From assembly GCF_000143415.4 (NCBI RefSeq), contig NW_003314400.1, positions 124,001 to 188,000 of the forward strand: 64,000 bases of DNA, in the 5' to 3' direction. Under the pieces are notes generated by a model that did no database searches, was not told where the DNA came from, and was given only the letters and a program-made list of their open reading frames with translations. Of this stretch, positions 9,630 through 19,321 are shown one piece after another; position 1 is the stretch's first letter; each line of letters starts with the position of its first letter. Source of the stretch: Selaginella moellendorffii (lineage: Eukaryota > Plantae > Lycopodiophyta). Position numbers and translations under genes: made by a program.

Positions 9630-11592
9630 CTTGAAGCTTGCCATGAAGCAAGGCTATCAAGGTTAGGGAAGTAGTTCCCGAGTGTTCAAAGAGAGGGCTT
9701 TGAACGAAAGTCGATGGTCAAGGACTTTCACGCTTATGCAGGAACCATGTTACAATGGTCGGAGGACTTGCCAAGCGAGATTGGCACGTCGGGGGAACAA
9801 ATACCCTAGTTGAAGATGATAACTTCAAAAAGGGTGGGCCATGGGGCCGAGCATGGAGGAGTCCATGCATGATCACAGACATGTCAAGTGAGAGGACTTG
9901 GCAGTGTGGAGGAACTAGGTTCCTAAACTGTGATCTGTAGCGCGCTTTAAAAATGAGTTGGTGCACCGGCGTGGGGAGTCACGCCAGGCATCTTGTGTGA
10001 TGCCGTCCGTAGATGCATATACGGAGGTTGGGTTCGAGTCCCGACCCTCTAGTGCTTGGGTTCGAGTCCCAAATCACTAGGGCGTGGTGATGGTTTGGAA
10101 TATGAGGACACTCATATTTCGGTGGTCATGGACTCTCAGTGGGGAGACTGGTTTGGGCACACCGCCAAGCGAGGGATGCCTCGGAGTCGTGATGCACGGT
10201 TAGATTGCTTAGTGTGAAATCTCAGCATATCTAACTTGAACGCTTTGGTGTAAGTGGCACCAAGGTCGTGGTGAGTGAGATGGGGACACCTAATCTCAGT
10301 TGCTATGAACCCTTGGCCGTAAGGGCTGGCTTGGGTGCACCGCCAAGTGTGGGGGATGCCCCCGGGGTTATAGTCAACAACTTGGAGGTCTAGAAGACCA
10401 AGTACCTCTTGGCAACTCTGTTAAGGTGCCAAGGTGAGATCACTAGGTGATCTTATGGCCAGATAAGGACAAGGTCCTTGGTTGGCTAAGGAATGAAGTT
10501 CCTGGTTCAAAATGTTGAAATTGAACTGTTTAAGGTGGTGTGGCTTGGTCGTGATGACCAAGTGGGAAGAGCACCTAAGGGAAATAAACTATGTCCGTGC
10601 GATGGCATAGTGAGTCCGAGGAAAGTAGTCTCTATAAAAGACCCATGGGAGGGTCACAAAGTTGGGCCGTGGATAGAGCCCATAGCAGAAGATGCTAAAG
10701 AGACGTACTAGGGGTGAACATCCTCCGGACTTGGCAAAGAAGAGTCTTTGCTATGGAACCGAAACAATACCTCAAGGAAGGAGGTAGAGATTCGATGTTG
10801 CTTGGTGCAACAATCAACGGATAGGAGCAAAAGATGAGTGGCCAAGATAGGGCCGTGGAATCCCTTGGAAGGAATCCAAGTGACAAAGTTAGGCGAGGAA
10901 CACTAATGTGTTGGACGCTAACAAGTTGCGGGAAAGGAAGTGTGTTTCCAAGGAGGGATTCCGAAATGCTCCAATTTGGCGAAAGTGGAAGCTCCAAGGG
11001 AGGGAGCGGTAAGGTAGCCAAATGATAGGGCCATGAACAGCCCTAGCACAAAGTATGATAAATGGAACTTAGTGCCCAAGGTGGCACGAAATAGAAGAGA
11101 GGATGATGGTGCCCTCGAGTAGAGAACTTCCTAGGATGGGAAGTGGAGTTGCACAAAAGGTGCAAGGCAAGGTGTCGGAGACACCTAGGAAATTGACTCC
11201 AAGAAGTCAAAATTCAAAGTTCCAAAGTGCAAAGGTTATATTGGTGGAAATTGAGACTACTCGAGAAGGAGTAGTGGGATTGACTTAGAGAAGGGTCTTT
11301 AAGAGGTTTAGCGAGAACTAAACCAATAAAAGGAGAGAACCACTATATGTGGTCCAATCAGTCTCTAAGATGGAGAGACTACCCTCCTTAGAGGATATGC
11401 AAAAGGCATGGTGAGCCTTCAATGTCCAACCATTGACGAATATGGAGAAGGCATGGTGAGCCTTCAATGTCACACCATTGACAAATATTGGCTACGCGCC
11501 AAGGATGGAAATGGTAACACATGCGGGTGTTACTTCATAAAATGGTTCACCGTTCGATGAGGACATCGAACTTCGTCTATGGGTGGTGGAGT

Positions 11593-13307
11593 TGTGAGAC
11601 ACAAAATCCCTAGGCCCCAAAGTGGAGCCGGAAGGGCGCCACATGGTAGTGGCCGAAGCGAGAGCCAAACGAGCGTAACACGTTTGGACCAAAAGCTCCG
11701 ACTTGAAAAGTCAAGAGCAGGAGTGGAACTCCCAATGAAGTGCTTAAGGAACGAGCACGAAGCGAGCAAAAGGCGAGGCTCCAAAAAGGGACCCAAAAGG
11801 ACCAACACATGACACGTGGGAGTGTCCGAGATGGACCCGAGTTGGAGTCCGAAGTGGAGTCCGAGATGGACCCGAGATGGAGTCCGAGATGGAGTCCGAA
11901 GTGGAGTCCGAGATGGACCCGAGATGGACCCGAGTTGGAGTCCGAAGTGGAGTCCGAGATGGACCCGAGATGGAGTCCGAGATGGAGTCCGAGATGGAGT
12001 CCGAGGTGGACCCAAGATGGACCCGAAATGGAGTCCGAGATGGAGTCCGAGATGGACCCGAGATGGAGTCCAAGATGGAGTCCGAGATGGACCCGAGATG
12101 GACCCGAGATGGAGTCCGAGATGGAGTCCGAAGTCGAGACCGAGACCGGGACCGAGACCGAGACCGAGACCGAGATCGGGACCGAGACCGAGGCCGAGGC
12201 TGAGGCCGAGACCGAGCCCGAGCCCGAGTCCGAGTCCGAATCCGAGTCCGAGTCCGAGTCCGAGTCCGAATCCGAGTCCGAGTCCGAGTCCGAGTCCGAG
12301 TCCGGAGCCTGAGAGGGTGAAAGCCCAAAGCATTCGTCTCCCAGACCCTGGGGGGTTTGGTGAGCTCCAAAAGTATAGTAGGGGGAGGACTGCAGTGGAG
12401 CCAGTTTGGCCAGGAAAGGCCAGTTTGGCCCAGGAAGGCCGGACCCAGTGTTGGGTGATGAGCTGCCCACTGGGAAGTCCAAGACTAGAGTGAACACAGA
12501 CCGACAAGCGGGGTAGCTTGGTGAAGTGTTCAAGAGCCGGCTCTAGTTCCCCCGGGAGATCGACTGGCCGATGCTCCCAGTCCAAGTGTGGGTGGCACTA
12601 CCTACTTGGATACCTGGTGTGGCTCAATGGAACCCGCTCTAAGCCCATGGCTAGAGCACCCAAGGGCAGAAGGCGAGGAGAGTACCCAGGTGGCTCGCGT
12701 AAGGCCACGGTGTTCCGAAATGTTGTCCCAAAGGCCCAGACTGTGGAAAGGAAGAGGAGCAGTCCTCTGGGGTAGTGACCAAGGACACAGTCGTGTGGTG
12801 AGGAAGTCCCAGAGGACCGTGGGACTTAGTGGTCGGGCCTGTGGGTCTCGATCCAGTGGCAGTGTTGGCCAACATGGCCAGGGGCAGAAAGGGACTTAGT
12901 GGGGACTGACAGAGGGATATTAGGGAAGGCTATTCCCCTTGTCGGTGGGCATCCTAAGGATGCTAAGGAGTGGATCTGAGATGACCACTCACGGAAGGTT
13001 TGCCTAGTCTTGGAGAGCTAAGACGGTGATGCAAGTGGTATTGGACTACCAGTGTGGCAAAGGTGATTGGGCATGGCCTTAGCGTAACGGGCTGCTATGT
13101 CGGTGGTACCTTTGAGTGTCGGTCATGGGATCGGACACGTGGAGCACTTGGACCAAGTGCAAATGTTGAGTGGCATGGATGCCATTCTCGGGGCTAGCAA
13201 GTCCCAAGTCCTGGATTGGACTTATGGAGGTTGTGAATGAGACTCCTCCAAGTGGTCAGAGGTGTGGTTAAGTGACTAAAGTAGAATGGAAAATTTAGTC
13301 GCTTACA
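11593..13307 (+). repeat. 3' LTR (1715 bp)
   Basis: Direct repeat of 5785-7481. It is 18 bp longer, entirely within the tandem array (offset 5808 before the array, 5826 after). Confidence 0.95.
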
Positions 13308-15874
13308 GTAGAGAGACAGTGATATACCCATTAGAGAGGATTGATGGGGAGAGATTTAAAAAGTTATTTCAAGAGTTGAAATCTGGAGATCTGTTTGCTT
13401 GAAGATTTCTTGCCTACAACAATGAGTCTCTCATCCATCGAATGTTGCTAGAACATGGCCGCCACCTAATCTTTGTCCAAACAAGAACATTGCAACTATA
13501 CAACTTCATTCTGGTTTCTGACAAATATGCTTCTGTATATGGTGATCAATTGACCAGATTGAAAAATGGACTCCCTGATGAATAGTGTGGGAACAACGAT
13601 TTTCAAAAGTTAGAACACTATTTAGGAAATGGTGGCAGGAAAGTTGAAACTCTTTAACAAGTGCAAGTAGAGCAGCAGCAACAGCCAGCACAGCAATGGC
13701 AATAGCAGCATCGGCAGCAGTAGCCACACAGCTGGCAGAGCAAGAGCAGTAGTAGTTAGCATAGCAACCACGCTACGTATGCTATCACAGGAGAGGGTAG
13801 TAGTAGTCGCAACAACTAGTGGAGCAAGAGGAGCAACAGCTGACGCAGCAGCCACACCAGGTATGCTATCGTAGGAGAGGGCAACAGTAGCATCAGCATC
13901 AGCAGCAGCTGCCAAAGTAGGAGCAATAGCAACCCTCGCTAGAGGTTGCAAGTTCGATGCTTACATGAGAAAGAATTACTGAAACCATACAACCCTAAGG
14001 TCAACAGCTGCCCTCTTTCTTTATTGTTTAGGGTTTTTCAATGTTCTTGGTTGTTAGGGCTTATTCTAAAGAATACAGAAGGTGCTGTCGATTGAGCAAA
14101 CGCAGTAAAGAACATAGAGTTAAGAGATTCATAACTCGCATACTGCGAGCACTTGCTCATGCTCTTCTAAGAGCTATTGGTGCTTCTTTTGGTAGACCTA
14201 TTTTGGAGTGGAGTGAAATGCCTAAAAATCCCTTTCCTCTGCCTCCCCTCCCTGAGAACGAGCGAAATCTAATCAAAAGAGTTTTAAACTATTTAAAAGA
14301 CTTTTAAAGTATTTAAAAAATGATTGAAATTTTTTTGAGTGTAGATGAAGTTCTTATCGAGGGTATTGGGATAATGAAAATAATGTCCCTTTTCAAAGTG
14401 GAGAGACAGTGATATACCTATCAGAGAGGATTGATGGAGAAAGATTTAAAAAGTTACTTCAAGAGTTGAAATCTGGAGATTTATTTACTTTGGGATTTCC
14501 TACCCACAATAGTGAGCCTCTCATCTATCGAATATTGCTGGAATATGGCCGCCACCTAATCTTTGTCTAAATAAGAACATTGCAACTATACAGCTTTATT
14601 TTGGTTTCTGACACATATGCTTCCATACATGGTGATCAATTGACTAAATTGATAAATAGACTCCTCAATGAACAGTGTGGGAATAACGATTTTAAAAAGT
14701 TAGAATACTATTTACGAAATGGTGGCAGGAAAGTAGATATTCTTTAGTGAGTGCAAGCGAGGCAGCAGCAGCCAGCACAACAGTGGCAGCAACAGCATCG
14801 GCAGGAGCAGTTGCACGGCTGGCAAAGCAGGAGCAACAACAGTAGTAGCAGCCGGCACGGCAGCCACGCTAGGTATGCTATTCCACAGCAAATGGCAAAG
14901 CAGTAGCAGCAGCAGCAGCAGCTGAGATAGCAGCCAGTGCAGTAGCCATACCAAATATGCTATTGCAGTATAAAGAAGTGCACAAGTGTGACTCCAATTA
15001 TCAACAACAAGCTGATGCTCTATGATTGTTTTTTCTTCGTTCATGAGTTCCAAGGCTGACATAGTTGCTACTAGTGTGCTGCCAGTTGATAAGATGACAG
15101 ATTACAAGGGTCTGATTCAGGTTATTGTGAATCAAATCCCACGGAGGCAGCTGGAAGAGACTTACGGCTTGCTCTGAAGCCAAAGCCATATTAGGATCAA
15201 AATAGGCCTCCTACTGCTGGTGAGCTTCTCAAGTCATACGCTCAGTCATGCGGCTATGTAGCTTTGAGAGGTCTTCCAGATGAGACACAATCTGCTCTCA
15301 AGGACTACCTCAATGGTAAGCTTTTAAACTACCATACTCCACCAGACGACAACACCATAAGTGACGATGAAAGCAACGACAATGATGAGAAGCTGGTGGT
15401 GTGACGTTGACGATCTCTCAGGACAAGAGGACGAAGAAGACGAAGGAGAAGAAGACGAAGAAGGATCAAAAACAGCTACAGCTACTGGTGAATCCAATCT
15501 CAAAGCTCGACTGGATGTCCAAAAGCTTTTAACGCACATGTAAGAGGTCTGGTACACGTGGCAAAATTACGCGATGCCACGTGGAGGTACTAAGCTTGTG
15601 CACGTGGCAAAATGCAATGCTGCCAAGTCGGAAGTACTTCTAGGCTAAGAAAGCCAAAACTTCTATTGATTGATCCGCATTGTAACCCGCTGGGCTTTTC
15701 TCTGATTCTCGCTTTTGATCCTGATGTCACCCTATTCTACAGCAACCACCACAAATGGATGAGTATAAATGTGTAAACATACCCTCGTCTTGTCGCAATA
15801 TCATTTGGAGTGGATTATTAAGGACTTATTAAGTGGATCTGTCTCTCCATAGCGTTCATACTGGAGCATATTCG

Positions 15875-16027
15875 GTATCGCCGAATAAAGGGATCTTCCG
15901 TTCACGCAGCTCCTTCATAGCAATCTGCAAAGAACTCCGTCACTCCACACAAATTCCTTTTCAGAGTTTCGATACCTCGAGTGGATCTGTCTCGCCCTCG
16001 AGTTCCACCATCACTGGAGTGTTAATA
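15875..16027 (-). pseudogene. NRPB6: RNA polymerase subunit RPB6 (NRPB6) 3' exons, inverted fragment
   Basis: Minus-strand exons INTPVMVELEGETDPLE (15976-16027) and IAMKELRERKIP.. (up to 15924) with a GT/AG intron match the RPB6 C-terminal motif. Confidence 0.85.
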
Positions 16028-16097
16028 CTGTCACGAAAAAGAAAAAGAAAAGAACTTTAGAGTTCTCACTAGCCAGACCATAGAAGGAATCACCACA

Positions 16098-16370
<273 letters not shown>

Positions 16371-16399
16371 TGAGCGAGTCCTCTCGCGTTCCCCTCTAG

Positions 16400-16830
16400 G
16401 TCCCAAAATCTTGGCCAGGAGCGAATATGCCATGGAAGTTTGCGGTTCGATTTCCATGACGCGCTGCGCCACGCCGCGCCTCTCTCCATGTCGCAAGCAA
16501 CCGTATAGCTCCCCAAGAGCGTACGGTACTCGACGATCCCCGGCTCGAATCCCATCCCCTTGTCCACCAATTCCTCTGCCTCCTCGAGCCGCCCGGATCG
16601 CCCAAGAACATCCACAATCGAGCAGTGGTGATCGGGCGTGATCTTGACGCCGAATTCGAGCACGATCGATGCGCAAGCGTCCCAGATACTTCACTCTCGA
16701 TCGAAACCACCACCGTGACTGCACAGGAAGAGCATGTTGGTGAATGTGACATCATTGGGTCTCACTCCCTCAAGGATCATGGCGGGGTAGAGCTCGAAGC
16801 CGGAGCTCCAATCGTGCTTAGCCTGCTCTT
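16400..16830 (-). pseudogene. PPR protein fragment (last repeats plus E domain)
   Basis: AMILEGVRPNDVTFTNMLFLCSHGG...PDHHCSIVDVLGRSGRLEEAEELV, with a stop and frameshifts. Confidence 0.8.
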
Positions 16831-16919
16831 AGAAGAGAACCCTTTCTTAAAGGTATTGGTTTGAGTTTGAGCTACGATGAAAACAAGGCAAAGGTGGGTA
16901 TGAGATGATTAAAGACAAG

Positions 16920-17380
16920 GATGCAGTGGATTTTCTGCGATGTTTATTAGTTGTGTGAGTAAATTTTTTTGGCAAACTTGTATTGGCCCTTATCACAAAA
17001 GCACGATGATGAAAGCGACTTATTTGGTATGATTGGCAGCAACTAACAAGGCAAGCATTTCCTCCCCAGTCCATAGCCCAGCGCAATGGCAACAGCTCCA
17101 AGACCAATGGCAAGTCCAATGCCGATGCATGCCAGCCCATCCCGCGCAGCTCCTCGTGCGTCGACAGAACTGCCCAGTGACTTCCCTCCAGCAGAAAGAG
17201 CTTCTTTCGCTTCCACATTCTTCGAAGCGCTCTTGAGATGAAGCATGCTGTAGCCCGCAACAATCGTGGCCCCAATGCTGATCACAACTTGCCAGGAACA
17301 CATTGCGAAAACCCTAAAATTGTCTTGCCAACTTCTTCGCAGGGAAACCTTAGAGCTTAGTATTAAAACTATTTTCAACC
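16920..17380 (-). pseudogene. Disrupted paralog of the Cys-rich secreted peptide at 21548-21835
   Basis: ~16975-17057 closely matches ~21603-21686 (ACLVSCCQSYQ...CFCDKGQYK, frameshifted). KIVLILSS near 17378 matches the signal-peptide start. Unrelated sequence lies in between. Confidence 0.65.
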
Positions 17381-17404
17381 GATTTTGACGTATAGCTAGG
17401 GTTG

Positions 17405-18599
17405 ATGGCGAGAAGGATCCTGCAGTGCGCTGCCAAAGCTGAGAACCTGTTCTACAACAGAAAGAAGGAGCTTGATGATCTCACTAAGCTGTGCAAGACC
17501 GGTAGTATGGTGCTGATCACTGGTCCATAGGACTCGGGGAAGTCTGCTTTCCTGTCAGAGTTTGCGAGGAGGCAGGAGATAAGTGGCCAAGGCCACCCTA
17601 TCTACCTCAACATGAGGGCAGGAACATTCACTGCAGCCAACTTTGCGAAGGAGCTCAAGTCTCAGCTGAATCCCTTTCTGGCAGCAGCGGCCGAGTATGC
17701 CAAGACCATCCCAACGGTGGACAATGTTGCAGCCTCTGCAGGTGGGCTAAGTGAACACATTCAAGATGTGGAGCGCACTCCGGATACAGGCTTTATTGAA
17801 AAGCATCTGCGGCCTTCTATTCTCTTGGAGACGACGTTTAGCATCTCGCAAAGACGCGGCCCTCCCGACCTTGATCATTGACGAGGCACACAGACTCCTC
17901 GAGTGGAGCCTCGCACCAGAGGAGCAACAACACCTGAGGACCTTGATGGCTTATTTCATCATGGTTACCAAAGAGCGCCAGGAGGCCAATGTGATTCTCT
18001 GCACCTCAGAAGACTTCTTCAGATTCTGGCTTCACTTGCATGTTGGCCCCGAGAGGTACCAGCCGCGGATGGTCGGTGACCTTACTGAGGAGCAGGCTCG
18101 GGAATTTTTCCTGATGGCATTACTTGACGGCTGGGTTGCCGATGGATACAAGTTTCCAGAGGATTTGTGGAAGGAGATCTTTTCTTTCGTTGGTGGAAGA
18201 ACGTTGCTCTTAAGTCGCCTGGCGCTGAATCTGAGTTCGTATCTGGAGGACGAGTCTCTCTTACTAAAAGCATGGGTGTCCCAGTGCAAGATACTGGTGG
18301 ACGCAACTCGCCAGCAAGTTGAAATGGGCTTCGGACCTATGGACTTTCAAGGCAACTTGGACAGCGATAGACCGTGCTGGAACGTTGAAGACTACGAAGC
18401 AGTGTTGAGGGAACTGACACAGGCTGAGGGTGGTGTCGTCTCTGTGCAGTACCTCACGGGCTACAAAATAATTTCCAAGGCGGCTCTCCACAGCTTGGTA
18501 CAGCACAACTTCCTGCACTATCGTTCTTTCTTGTGTCCGTGGGCGGACGACTTGGCATGGTACAAAGGAAAAACAGCAGCATCTTACCTCTATGATTGA
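17405..18599 (+). pseudogene. P-loop ATPase (archaeal-ATPase/AAA_16-like), disrupted
   Basis: ATG at 17405, FYNRKKEL motif, Walker A GP*DSGKS with TAG at 17528-17530, and a frame change before Walker B (LIIDEAH). C-terminal FVGGR motif. Apparently intronless. Confidence 0.7.
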
Positions 18600-19236
18600 C
18601 GCCATCGCATGGAAATGCGGAAGGGACGGGGCCATGACAATAGGCCACTTAGTTTTTCTACGACATAACAATGTGTGTCTACACAGGAACGTGCTAAATG
18701 TCCAACGTAACAGGTATTCCAAATTACTTCCATATCAAGTTTTCTGATTCTAATCACAGAAGTATTTTTTTCTATTTCATTTTATGTTAAACACTTGTTT
18801 ATGAATGAGGTTTACGCTAGATTTAGCAGAGCAGGGGGAAACGTTACCATCCCGTTCACTCCTTTGAAGGGAGGTTTCCAGTGACAGTATGGAGGCTTTC
18901 TGCCAAGGAACGTCCAAGCTCCACGCAAACTGATTTTGTTCTGGCCAAAGTTTGACGTTGTCCATTCCTATATTAAGATCAAGAGATCAAAAGTTAATTC
19001 TGTGCTAGAATGATCATATTTTAGAATCTCAAGAGTTTTGAAAAATGGAAATCGACATCCCAAGCAATGTTTCCTACCAGAACTTGTTAGCTCCAGCGAA
19101 TCCAGCCTTCTTTGTAGCATAACTAATATTTGAGATAACACAATAAGGATGAGTCCATTTGCAAGATGGCATCTGGAGAAAATGGCCTTGTTGAATTTAT
19201 TGTTGGCTCACCTTGTCTTTCAATCATATCCAAAAG

Positions 19237-19308
19237 GTGGCTGTAGTTTAGTGGTGAGAATTCCACGTTGTGGCCGTGGAGACCTGGGCTCGAATCCCAG
19301 CAGCCACA
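19237..19308 (+). tRNA. tRNA-His (GTG)
   Basis: GTGGCTG/CAGCCAC acceptor stem, anticodon arm CCACG-TTGTGGC-CGTGG, T-arm CTGGG-CTCGAAT-CCCAG, A73 discriminator, upstream CAA motif, TTTT at 19313-19316. Confidence 0.96.
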
Positions 19309-19321
19309 GTCGTTTTGACTA

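Larger units (their letters stand above)
5785..13307 (+). mobile_element. Complete non-autonomous LTR retrotransposon (LARD-like), 7523 bp
   Basis: 5' LTR 5785-7481 and 3' LTR 11593-13307 (TGT...ACA) are nearly identical. TSD GTAGA at 5780-5784 and 13308-13312; the flanks rejoin into the host repeat. PBS TGGTATCGGAGC at 7485-7496; PPT at 11579-11592. No ORF over ~110 aa and no gag/pol motif in the interior. Confidence 0.95.
1..14965 (+). repeat. Degenerate ~1.1-kb tandem repeat array (GCA-rich microsatellite plus dead ORF), interrupted by two LTR elements
   Basis: Landmark AAAGAATACA recurs at 311, 4053, 5441 and 14068; GAAATGGTGGCAGG recurs at ~4720, ~13626 and ~14716. Removing the inserted elements gives a ~1.1-kb period. 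The ORF track shows the same peptide (RAIGxxFGRPILEWSExPKNPFPLPPL) in several copies. Confidence 0.85.

Noticed and set aside
10026-10080. True tRNA gene or tRNA-derived SINE
   Set aside because: T-arm-like hairpins lack D and anticodon arms; the nearest A-box-like sequence is ~400 bp away.
5785-13307. Retrozyme (hammerhead-containing LTR element)
   Set aside because: No CTGANGA...GAAA hammerhead core with flanking stems was found by eye; an Infernal scan would be needed to exclude other ribozymes.
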